The translations under genes were made by a program, and so were the position numbers. This document shows positions 13,269-25,003 of a stretch of 64,000 nt of DNA, piece after piece. Position 1 is the first letter of the stretch; each line of letters begins with the position of its first letter. The stretch is from Octopus vulgaris. Lineage: Eukaryota. The stretch lies in the NCBI GenBank assembly GCA_951406725.2, contig OX597836.1:29946001-30010000 (forward strand), given 5' to 3'. The notes beneath the pieces are model-generated. The model saw only the letters and a program-made list of their open reading frames with translations. It searched no databases and had not been told where the DNA came from.

Positions 13269-13989
13269 GACATGCACACATACATATATAGACACACACA
13301 CACACACATATATATCAACAGTTAAGATTTTAATATAGATGATATGAGACATTATAAGCAATATTTTGAGACAGAAAAAGAGCGATGGGCCATTAATTCT
13401 TAGCATAAACATTGAATTGAAGTGTGATGCTTGGCTATGTTGGACAGTAGTAGCAGTAAAATCTATCTGCTGGAATCTCAATGGATGACAAATTATCTTA
13501 GAAGTGAGATATTAATATGGGTAGAAGTGTGAGTTTATATCAGTAAAACTGCCTGATTTGACAGAAAAAAGTGGTAAGTGATTAGTTCATAGCATAATCA
13601 GCAAATCGCCCTCACCCCCACACTGGGCAAGCAACTAATACAATATACATAGCAGCTTTTGTCTGTGTGAGGGGTGGGGGAAGGGCCTGGTGTTCTTTTA
13701 GGTCTTCTATTGTTTTATATACATTCAGGAAGTACAAATGAGAGAAAGGTGCCATGCAGTGGAACAGAATCCGAAAACCATGTGGTTAGGAAGTAAATTT
13801 CTAAGTCACACAACCACACTTGCACCAAAGAGATAGATATAAAATGAATTTAAAGAATGATAAAATAGAATTTTATTTTTCATTTTTTCTGTAGTGAAGA
13901 ATAATGGAAATACTGTGAATGAGTGGAGTTGATAGAAGTTAGTTAGTTGTCAGGAGATGTACTATGTCGGAACAATAAACATCAAATAA

Positions 13990-14229
13990 TGACTTCAAAT
14001 ATCTGGGGAGAGGGGTAAGTCGATTACATCGACCCCAGTGCTCAGCTGGTACTCATTTTCTCGACCCTGAAAGGATGAAATTTTGCCACAAAGTCAAAGC
14101 TGACCTATGTGGAATTTGAACTCAGAACATAAATATGGATGAAATGTCACTAGGCATTTTGCAAGGAATGCTAACGATTCTGCCAACTCACCACCTTATA
14201 AATATCAAACAACAACAACGATAATAATG

Positions 14230-14286
<57 letters not shown>

Positions 14287-14900
14287 GTTTAAAATTTTGC
14301 CACAAAGGCAGCAATTTTGGGGGAGGGGTGAGTCGATTACATCAACCCCAGTATTCAAATGGTACTTATTTTATCAACCCCGAAAGGATGAAAGGTAAAG
14401 CCAACCTCCGTGGAATTTGGTAGCGATGAGCAAAATACTGCTAAGGATTTCATCCAGCATGCTAACAATTCTGCCAGCTTGCTGCCTTTAAAATAATAAT
14501 AATAATGGTTTAAAATTTTGCCACAAAGACAAAGCTGACCTAGGTGGAATTTGAATTCAGAACATAAATATGGATGAAATGTCACTAAGCATTTTGCATG
14601 GAATGCTAACGATTCTGCCAACTCACCACCTTATAAATATCAAACAACAACAACAACAATAATAATAATGGTTTAAAATTTTGCCACAAAGGCAGCAATT
14701 TTGGGGGAGGGGATTAGTTGATTACATCAACCTCAGTGTTCAACTGGTACTTATTTTATCAACCCCTAAAGGATAAAAGGTTAAGTCAACCATGGCGAAA
14801 TTTGAACTCAGAATGTAGCGATGGGCGAAATATTGCTAAAGATTTCATCTGGCGTGCTAATGATTCTGCCAGCTTGCTGCCTTAATAATAATAATAAGAA
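13990..14900 (-). mobile_element. Head-to-tail array of four family B-related SINEs separated by (AAT)n/(AAC)n, including a ~435-bp tandem duplication
   Basis: ttctgccaactcaccacctt / ttctgccagcttgctgcctt heads recur four times; 14078-14512 is repeated from 14513. Confidence 0.85.
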
Positions 14901-15085
14901 GAAGAAGAATAAACTATGCCATATTTTCTGGAATACCAGTCAAACTTTTCAGACCAAAATTTACAGCTGAAAAAGGTAGGTTGACTTATACACCAAGATG
15001 ACTTTTGAGGAGTAAAAATTCCATGTGAAGTGCAGCAGGATTTGGAAAGATAGCAATAATGTTTGAGTGTTTACACTATATATAT

Positions 15086-15317
15086 ATTTCTTTACTACCC
15101 ACAAGGGGCTAAACATAGAGGGGACAAACAAGGACAGACAAACGGATCAAGTCGATTACATCGACCCCAGTGCGTAACTGGTACTTTATTTACCGACCCT
15201 GAAAGGATGAAAGGCAAAGTCGACCTCGGCGGAATTTGAACCCAGAGCGTAACGACAGACGAAATACAGCTAAGTATTTCGCCCGGCGTGCTAACGTTTC
15301 TGCCAGCTCGCCGCCTT
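15086..15317 (-). mobile_element. SINE family B, young copy
   Basis: CpG-intact; flanked by a 27-bp direct repeat (15058-15084 / 15324-15350). Confidence 0.9.
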
Positions 15318-15415
15318 CGTACCAATGTTTGGGTGTTTACACTATATATACTTTATCAATTTGTATGCTGAAAACCTAAAATAAAATGAAAATTGTGGAA
15401 ACAAGCAATCCTTAC

Positions 15416-15519
15416 CTTTAGAATTGTGTCACCAACCTTCAAACCACCTTGTTCAGCTGCGACACTATGCTTAATGATTTCTTTTACAAAAACACGACAT
15501 CCTAGAATAATGCCAAATT
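15416..15519 (-). CDS. TJP1: ZO-1 exon, PDZ2 core ((E)[34 protein letters not shown])
   Basis: Strong polypyrimidine acceptor ttttcttttctccttttctag, donor AAG|gtaagg; 104 nt, phase 1 to 0. G+AA = Glu joins the previous exon across a ~14-kb intron. Matches the ZO PDZ2 pattern EYGLxLxxxIFVKEI...GDxxLK. Missed by the ORF track. Confidence 0.94.
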
Positions 15520-16426
15520 CTAGAAAAGGAGAAAAGAAAAATTACTCCATTAACATTAATAAAAATTATGGTAACAACATAGATTGTACATAAAATGTGA
15601 GTAATATAATTAAGAATTGTTTAGCTCTTAATATTAACCCAATTTGTGTGAGACTACCTTGCTCCATTCTGAAGTGTTCATATTTCAGTTGAAATCTCAA
15701 TGAAAATCTCATCACGGCATTGAATGATAACGTAGAGTTTCAGTTGACCAGCATCACACTTGCCTGCAACTTGAAGCTACATCTAACACATCTTCTTCAC
15801 CATCTTTTCTCTCTCACCTCTCCTCTCTCTTTTTACAACTGGGATAGCCCATATTAAAACAAAAACAACAAAAACAAAAAAAACTGGCATTCTATTGGTT
15901 ACAATGACAAGGGTCTTAGTTGATCTGATCAACAGAACAACAGACTTTGTGAAATTAATGTACAAATGGCTGAGCACTTCACAGGCATTTAGAGCAGATC
16001 TCAAGAAGATTCAGTCTGACACAATGTAACAAGATCAAACAACATGTGTAAGTTAGTCTACTAAACATGTATGAAGGTAGTGCTCCAGCAAGGCCACAGA
16101 TAAATAACTGAAGCAAATAAAGGAAAAAATATTTCTATGCCTACAAAAGCATTTGGTGGGCAGGCCAACATTCTTCTTAAATGGAACACCAGTCCATCAC
16201 AAGGTTACCAGTTTACAGATGAGTGGCCTGGAGCAATCTGAAATGAAGTGTTTTGCTCAAGAACACAGTGTACTGCTGCTCTGGAAATTGAAACCATATT
16301 CTTGTGATTGTGAGTGTAACACCCTAACTACTAGGTCATGTGCCTTCAAGTGTACAAACACACACGTATATTCATTCTCACATTGAGTGAAATGAAGAGA
16401 GGATCTAATAAAGGACTTACTCAAAC

Positions 16427-16534
16427 AATCACCTGAGGAGGTGCATCTTACACCTTGGATGTATGATAATGATTACACAACATCTCACCAATGTACTAGA
16501 GGTATAAAAATGCGTCGAAACAATTGTAGTGACT
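16427..16534 (+). ncRNA. Type I hammerhead ribozyme motif (Penelope/retrozyme-like)
   Basis: TCAC-CTGAGGA-[77-nt stem II, GGTGCAT..TTACACCT / AGGTATAA..ATGCGTC]-GAA-ACAATTGT-A|GTGA. All core nucleotides present, G-C closing stem II, palindromic stem III, stem I TCAC/GTGA. Confidence 0.7.
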
Positions 16535-18556
16535 TCAAATACAGAATCTCATTCATTCCATTTTTTTATCAGTTACCTATTTATAGAAACTTTATGGATA
16601 CTATGGAATTCCTGATGTATAAATCCAGCAACAGGAGCTTCTCTACTGAGCGTTGCACGATGACATCAAGTAACCATTAACTGTGGATAAGTGTTGTACA
16701 GCATTTTACATAGATTCACCCAAATTTTATTTGACTAAATATATATACATTCAGCAATCTAAAGCCTCAAGGCGTCAGGTTCCTGTTAGGGGTCTGCAAA
16801 ACTTGAAATAGCAGGGAACTAAATCAAACTGCTTCAGATAATACACACACACACACATATACATCACAACAGGCTATTTTCAGTTTCCACTCACAAAGCT
16901 TTGGTTGGCCCAAGGCTATAACAAAAGAAACTTGCCCAACATGTTACGTGTCTTCTACTACAGTCCCAGGCTGAATGTCAACTATGTTATTAAATGGAAA
17001 CATCTTTTCATAAAAGCCAAAAATTAAAGTCTGACATGTTTGGACAAATTTAAATCAAATTTACATAAAATTTTGGTTGCTGGTAACAAATACTAACATT
17101 AATTTTTAGCAAGTCCTTTGAGAGATCAAGCTATTATTAGTGTATTTAGGAAATAGATAGTAGTGTGTACATTATGGTAGCGTAGGTGATGTTATTAAAT
17201 AAAAATATCTCGTTATAAAAGAGCCAAAAATTGAAGTCTTAAGTTTTCACACAAATTTACATCCTGCAGTGGAGAAAAAAAACCAACAAAAAACAAAAAT
17301 ATAACAAAACAACCAACAACAATGGAAAATTTTTTAAAATATGGGGAAGAAGAAGAAAACCCCCCAAATAATGGCAATATGAGACGCAAGTTTTGAACAT
17401 TTGCCAAATGCTTCTTTTAGAATATAAAATAAAACAAAATTCCAAACCTTTTTCAAAAAAGAATAAAAATTTCCTATAAATTTAGCCACAGTATTTCCAT
17501 GATATTGAATGTAACAATAAGATTGTTAAAAGTAACAAAAATAATTTTAAAAAATAAAGAAAAATATATTTATTCCAGGAAATGTTGGCATCAAAACCTT
17601 GCTATTTCCTTAGATTCAGAAACAGAAATAGACAATTCTTCATAATCTTAAATAACTGAAACAATTGAGCCAACAAGGAAGCTTCTATGAGGTCATTGGA
17701 CATACTAGAAATAGCAGCCAAATCTCTGTCAACTCATACTTTAATGGGTTTTTAAAAAAAAGTTGTGGTGGTGGTGAACATTGTGTAATGATGATGCAAG
17801 TTCTAGATCAGTCATGGATAAACTGAAACTCGTGGGACTTTCTGAATGGCACATCAATGAAAAATTACTTTGAAATTCCTTAGTAGTGACCTTCACGATG
17901 ATGTGGCATGTCTCAAGGAGCCCACTTCTCAAAAATGGGTTACACATGCCTGTTCTAGATAGGCATGCCAAATCCATAAAATATAAAAAAGTATGTGTGA
18001 TAATAACAGTTGGAACATCTTTAATCAGAGGTTTGCTTAATGGCAAGAAGCACCACTCTATGTAGTCATTTGATGTGCTAGAAATAGCAGGGACTAAATG
18101 CCACCGACACCTGTGTTTTGGCAGGGAAGTTTAAGCCATGGTGATACCAATAGCCTTTTGTCAAAGTTCTTATGGTCTGTGTAAGTGTTAACAAGAGTGG
18201 AGGGAATAGAATGAATGAACACACACACATGTATATCAGCTAGCTGGCAATCTTTCCACCTTGACAAAGGGGGCTGGTGTTGTGGTAATGTTTATATGCA
18301 TCTTCTGATGGTTGCATATTCTTGAATTTTTGTACACTCTATCTGCCAAGTATGAACATTATAACTATTATGTAATTTCAAGCCCCCCAGAAAGAGCTGT
18401 TGGACTTAGAATGCTATGACTTCTTTCCTTAGTTTTCAGTATTTTTTTGCACCCCTGGCAAATTTATAAATTTCTATATGCTTATACACAAGTGTTTATC
18501 TTCCAAGTATTTTCAATTTTTGCTTCTCTCTGTAGATATCCTTATATATATATAAA

Positions 18557-18750
18557 GTTAATCCAAACAGGAAAACACAACACGAGGACGTGGAACAAGT
18601 ATAGTATTACTGGACGCTCAGGAAAGAAGGAAAGAAGGAAGGTTTAACGTTTTGAGCAGAGCTCTTCATCAGAAACATAGGAAAAGGAAAGATCCAAAGA
18701 AGGGAAGACGGAAGAAAAAAAATTGCCAATGGTACACACGTGGTCACATT
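18557..18750 (-). mobile_element. Penelope-like terminal-repeat fragment with hammerhead relic (family E1)
   Basis: Minus strand GTTT-CTGATGA-A-GAGC-TCT-GCTC-AAAACGTT-AAAC; homologous to 9568-9762. Confidence 0.6.
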
Positions 18751-19528
18751 TTGAATGTATATATATATGTTTACATGCATATATGTATTTACATGCATTT
18801 ATAAATATATATATATATATATATATTTACATGCATATATTTTATATATTCAAACCCAAACATGTTTAACTACATCGTTGTCTCTATATATCATACAGAT
18901 CAAGACAAATACATGTGAATGTTTATGTACATATAATATATATGCTTGACTCAGCTCATGGTTTCTGATGGAATGGACACATCCTACATGTCCATAAAAC
19001 ACTAAATCATATGGAGCTTAAGTCAAACTGTTTGTTATCGAAAAATATATCCTACCAAATGCATTAAATGCCACTTTCATTTAACCACTCACTTGTATGT
19101 AAATTCTATTTTGAGTTTACTTTATAAAGCGTGTCAACAAATATCAGCTATCAGATACTATCATCCAACAAAATGGATTGCTTCACTGATGATATACACG
19201 AAAATCCATAAATATCCTTTGAATTTATATAAACATTAACAAGGTGGACAGTGAGCAACTCTTTTTATTGTGTAATTATACAATTGTTTCTTTAATGCAT
19301 CACTAGATGTTTATTGCTGGAATATTATTATATAACACTGATTTATACAAAGACCTGAAGAGCTGATATTTTCCGGCATTGCTTGAATAATATTGATTTC
19401 AAGCATCAGTTTGTGTAGTACATAATGTTCCAGCAATAAACTTTTGGTAGAGTGTCGATGAAACAATTGTAGAATTATGCAATAAAATGAGTTGTTAATA
19501 TTTACATCTCGCTCTCTCTCTCTCTATG

Positions 19529-19573
<45 letters not shown>

Positions 19574-19670
19574 AGAGAGAGAGAGAGATTCTGCATAAGT
19601 TAAGAAACGGTGACGTGAGGAAATTTTGTAAATATAAATATAAGCTCATAAACTTTCATCATATATTGAC

Positions 19671-19810
19671 TATAGAAAATGGTCTGATATTGGGGCAGAT
19701 AAGACCTTGATGGAAAAAAAAAGGGGCATTAGTTCATTTCCGATGTGCACTAATGCCCATTTTTTTTCTGTCAGAGGTTTATATGCCCCAACATTAGACT
19801 ATTTTCTACA
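19671..19810. repeat. ~140-bp imperfect palindrome (fold-back or MITE-like)
   Basis: tagaaaatggtctgatattggggca...gggcattagt pairs with actaatgccc...tgccccaacattagactattttcta. Confidence 0.85.
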
Positions 19811-19838
19811 AGGTATATATATATATATATATATATAT

Positions 19839-20260
19839 GTTCTTTTCTTTCTTTTATTTGTTTCAGTCATTTGACTGTGGCCATACTAGAGCACCACCTT
19901 TAGTCGAGCAAATTGACACCAGGACTTATTCTTTGTAAGCCTAGTACTTATTCTATCGGTCTCTCTTACCAAAATGCTAAGTAACGGGGACGTAAACACA
20001 CTAGCATCGTTTGTCAAGCGATGTTGGGGGGACAAACACAGACGCACAAACATATACATACACACACACACACATATATATATATAAATATATATATGAT
20101 GGGCTTCTTTCAGTTTCTGTCTACCAAATCCACTCACAAGGCTTTGGTTGGCCTGAGGCTATAGTAGAAGACACTTGCCCAAGGTGCCATGCAGTGGGAC
20201 TGAACCTGGAACCATGTGGTTGGTAAGCAAGCTACTTACCACACACCCACTACTGCGCCT
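19839..20260 (-). mobile_element. SINE family A
   Basis: Full-length reverse match. Confidence 0.9.
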
Positions 20261-20566
20261 ATTAGAGATAACACATCACATCACTATATTGACTCAACTA
20301 TCAGCTGTGGTAATACACTGCTGATCACAATGTGCTTCTTTGCACTGCTGTAGCATTTGATTGATACCATTCTGCTGGTTAGGCAGGCAGGCCAACATTC
20401 GCTCTGAATATGATTCAATTCCAGTCTGTCACAGGGTTACCTATTTTACAGCTGAATGATCTAGAATAATGTGAAAGGAAAGGTTTTGCTGAAAAACAGA
20501 ACACATCAGTCTGGAAATGGAAACCATGATCTTGTGATCATGAGTGTAAAACCCTAACCACTAAGC

Positions 20567-20765
20567 CAGTGGTTCCCAGTCTTTTCGCTACCAAGGACCC
20601 CTTTTATTTAAATGAGTTTTCCTACAGACCTCTTTTAATATGCTTATCCTTAATTATATATATATATATATGTATATGTATAAAATTTTGAATTTAGTTC
20701 ACAGACCCCCAGCATTACCGTTGCAGACCACCAGAGGCGTGCGGACCACAGGCTGGGAACCACTG
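20567..20765. mobile_element. hAT (Charlie-like) MITE inserted in the head of a family C-related SINE
   Basis: TIR CAGTGGTTCCCA/TGGGAACCACTG; 8-bp TSD cactaagc/cattaggc. Confidence 0.85.
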
Positions 20766-21348
20766 CATTAGGCCATGTGCAGAAGGATTGACAGACAGAC
20801 AGCCAGATACTAGATATATTTTTTAAATGAATTATTTTTTTTCTATTCAGCTAGTCTACATGTTATATTAAGTTATGTAGCATTAAATCCAGTTCAATTC
20901 TCATAGATGCTTGAAAATGCATGCCTGAGTTTTACAGAAATAATCACACACACACACTCACACTCACACACAGTGAATTTGAATAATTATTGAAACAAAG
21001 CGCAGGAAATAGACATTTTCAAAGAAATAAATACATATGTTCTCTTAAATGTAATTTACTTTCTCTTTGCTAGAATTAACATCGTACTGTATATTGTCTC
21101 GCCATTGGGATAAGAAGAGGAAATATGATATTGATTTTTTCTTGGCATTTATTTTTTTCTTTTTTCATTATTGACAAAGATTTTTATCAATTTCATTTTT
21201 TATTAAATTATCTTCTCAAAAAACATTCATTTATATATATAAATGTGTGTGTGTGTGTGAGTATATGGGTGTGTGCATGTAGATAAATATGAGCATATAT
21301 ATATATGTGCACACATATAGATATAGGTGTGTATATAATATATATTCA

Positions 21349-21390
<42 letters not shown>

Positions 21391-22238
21391 CACGCACACA
21401 TATACATGTGTATACACACATATATGTATATGTGTTTACGTTTTGACAAATTGTTTCACTGAAGGCTGGAGACAAATTGATTCTGTATGATATCAGATTC
21501 GCTTCTTCTAAAAAATCTAATTATTAACAGAAATAATTTTAGAAACCACCAGAATTAGTAGAAAACTGGGAAGATGAGGAGGAGGAGAGGCAGATTTAGA
21601 GAATTTGAACCAGGATTATTTTCTTAGCTACTCACTCCCTTTTATTCTTTTACTAAGTTTCTCTCATTTGATTGTAGTTATTTTGGGGGACCAACTTCAA
21701 GTATTCCTGGTCTACTGACTACCCCCCCCCACTTTTCATGTTGCAGCTTGTGAACAACAGATTCACTGGTTACATGTCTGTAATGGCCCAATCACCAAAA
21801 CACTGCATTTCTGAAAGCTAGAGTAACAGAAGAGTGTCTACAAATCCATGCAAAACAAATTTCTCAGTAGTATTTGTAAAGGAACAGTTTTTCCTTTCCC
21901 CCCTTTTTTTTTGTTTTGTTACTTTTCAAATATAAGCTGATAGTTATACTCTTTGAAATAGTTGCCACAGATGGTTGCACCTGGCTCCAATCTTGATTTG
22001 GCAGAGTTTCTACAGCTGGATGCCCTTCCTAACGCCAACCACTCCGAGAGTGTAGTGGGTACTTTTTACGTGCCACCGGCACAGGGGCCAATGGTTTCAA
22101 AAGGAACTTTCAACATGTGGCCATGTATGCACTGCCTTTGTTAAGTTCTTCATGTATAAATGAGGTTTAGATCTGGATAAGATGAAAATTATTTAATTAT
22201 TCTGAACATACGTGCATCCATCTGGTTTTAAGACAGTA

Positions 22239-23070
22239 CAGGGTGTTCAGGCTAAATTTGACAATATTTTACATCTCCTTGTTTTCAAGTGTATTAGTGT
22301 GCAATCAATGGCATTGGAGAGCATAACGATTAAAGTTGTAATTGAGAAAAAGTTAGCTGACATGGAAGACTGAAAGCCATCTGAATATTGGAATAGCACT
22401 ACCTGCATCATAACGATTTGCACCAGGTATCAAAGTGCTGATATCATGACTACTGTTCAATGCTCTGTGAACACTGTAAAGGCTGTAAGACATGATATGG
22501 ACAGCTACAACAGAGACTACAAACCTGGGGCCAGCAAGAAGGGACACAGCAGGCATTCCGACTGTGTCTTCACACTGAAATTCATCCCCACATCTTTGGA
22601 CAGGGCCTTAAGCACAATCCTGATGGTTATGTGAAGCTGTTGGAGACTGGTTGAACCCTGGCTGGAGAGGGTTGCTGCTGTAGCAGCAGGGTTTGACTCC
22701 TTGTCATATCTCTGCAAAAAGTCAGAAATGGTTGTTGGAGAATTTCTATGATTTCCCCAACCCCAATTTATGGCCTCTTAGTTCCCCCAATTTGTAATCT
22801 CATGAATTACTATGTGTGGAGCATGGCTTAGAGAGTCACCAAGGCTGAGCTGGTGGCAAGATCAAAGAGGTGTTTGAAGATCTCAGGGATACAGTGAGAA
22901 ATACATATGCTAGGTTCTGGCACGTCTCAAAGCCATGGTGGAAACTGACAGTGGTAACTCTGAGTAAACTGTTATGTCCCAGCCATAACCTTGTTCATAT
23001 TTTTTTATTCAAAATACTCTTAGTTTTTCTTGTCCTGCTATACAAACTGAAATTTAGCATGGACACCCAA
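22239..23070 (+). mobile_element. Degenerate Tc1/mariner-superfamily transposon (maT/Tc1-like)
   Basis: TA-flanked TIRs CAGGGTGTTCAGGCTAAATTT / AAATTTAGCATGGACACCC. A frameshifted WPLSSPN-NLMNYYVW motif (WPxxSPDLNPLDYxVW-like) lies near 22770-22820. Confidence 0.8.
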
Positions 23071-23815
23071 TAATGTATGATTTGAGGAGTATTTGGTTGT
23101 TATTTCTAGTACTCAGTGTCTCTACGAGGCTTTACACTTTTGATGTAAAAGTAAGTTTGATATATTGACAATAAAAGCTATTTTTCTTGTGAAAACAAAA
23201 CAAGCAAAAAAAACTGTATAAGGAATATATAAAAAATATTATTTTCCAATACTGGCCATTAGGATCTTAAAATAAAAGCAGTCTCCAAAAAAAAAAAAAG
23301 TAATAGTGTTCTGTGTTGGTAAACATTATTTGGTAAAATTAATAAATTTCTGGAAAAGAAAAAAAATTTCCTACTCCAACAACGGGCTTTACTTGAAACA
23401 TTAGGATTCTTGTCTCCCTGTGGCATAAGAATTTATCCAAATTTACTGAATCCACTATGTTCTTAAAAGCGAAGCAGCAATGTTAATGTGACAGAATCCG
23501 GTGCACTTTTAAGGATTAGCGCTTCAGATTTAGGCATACCATAAATCATAAGAAAACAATGGCGATCATGTTTATTTCATATTGCATTTTGTGAACAATA
23601 AATAGAGTTGTTGGTTAGTGGTTTCCAATGGGACAATCACTGCCTCACTGAAATTTCACAGGGACTGTCTATGTAACTCAGGCAGAACAAACACCACAAG
23701 AGACTTCATTTAAAAAAACACTGGTTTATATTATTTTCCTTACTGTTTATATCTTTCTCTGTTATACATCACATGCCACACACACACAGATACATATATG
23801 AACACACAAACATAT

Positions 23816-23846
<31 letters not shown>

Positions 23847-23847
23847 C

Positions 23848-24040
23848 ATAGGGAGAGTTTATGAAAAAAACAAAAGACGAAGACAGGTGGTGTACAAAAC
23901 AAACAGATGTATTAGTATAATGCTCAGGAATAGAAAAAGTCTTTTACGTTTCGAGCCTACACTCTTCTACAGAAAGGGACACAGAAAAAACAAGGATAGG
24001 AAAAAATGTGTGTAGTGGCTAATGATCTATCATGGCGACT
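23848..24040 (-). mobile_element. Penelope-like terminal-repeat fragment with hammerhead-like relic (family E2)
   Basis: Homologous to 47295-47490; follows (TA)n. Minus strand CTTT-CTGTAGA-A-GAG..CTC-GAAACGTA-AAAG. Confidence 0.55.
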
Positions 24041-24680
24041 AGTGATAGATCGCCATGATACATACATAAATGCACATATGATAGACTCCTACACTGTTTC
24101 CATCAAACAAAATTCCAGTCAGCCCAAAGCAATAGCAGAAGCCACTTGTTCAGAGTGCCACACACACACTAGAATCGAATCTAGAACTATATGATCGAAC
24201 AATAAACTTCTGAAACACACGACTATGTCTGTAACCAGAACTGAAGTTGAAAAGATTGTGAAGGCAATCTTCTAAATCTTCTTATACTCTAAGTGCAATG
24301 AGATGAGCCGAGTAAAACCAATCAATGTATGTTAGAATGCAAACCTCTGAGGATACTTCTTCCAGATGCCACGGAAGGGATTATTTCCATGACCATGGAT
24401 CAATAATTGTCCTTATATCTTATTGTTAACAATGAATTATATTAAAAGGGATCAGCTTATTTTACCTAAGTAGACAGCAGAGTCCAAGATAACTAGTAGT
24501 GGCCTATGTCAGCAAATTAATTCAAAAGTGGAATTAGTTCGCTTTAAGGAAGAAGAAACTAATATAATTAGCACAATCCTTAGTAGGGAAAATAAGGAGA
24601 GGATATATAACAAAGAATTTTTATACAGCCCTCCAACTATTTGCAACATCAGTGATTTATTAATTATTAATTTACACTAT

Positions 24681-25003
24681 TGTGAAGGTACGTGGCTTAG
24701 TGGTTAGGGCATTTGGCTCAGGATTGTAAGGTTGTGAGTTCGATTCCGAGCAACGCATTGTGTCCTTGAGCAAGACACCTTATTTCACATTGCTCCAGTC
24801 CACTCAGCTGGCACAAATGAGTTGTACCTGTATTTCAAAGGGTCAGCCTTGTCACACTTTGTGTCATGCTGAATTTCCCTGAGTATTACGTTAGGGGTAC
24901 ACTTGTCTGTGGAGTACTCAGTCACTTGCACGTTAATTTCATGAGTAGGCTGTTCTGTTGATCGTATCAGCTGGGACCCTCATCATTGTAACCGACGGAG
25001 TGC
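24681..25003 (+). mobile_element. tRNA-derived SINE family C, full length
   Basis: A-box TGGCTTAGTGG, B-box GAGTTCGATTCC, central TGTGTCCTTGAGCAAGACAC. Fragments at 2104-2317, 27980-28115, 45197-45380 and 51990-52165. Confidence 0.85.

Noticed and set aside
24681-24755. tRNA-like sequence with A and B boxes (also the heads of families A and B)
   Set aside because: Continues into a SINE body and lacks a full cloverleaf; not tRNA genes.
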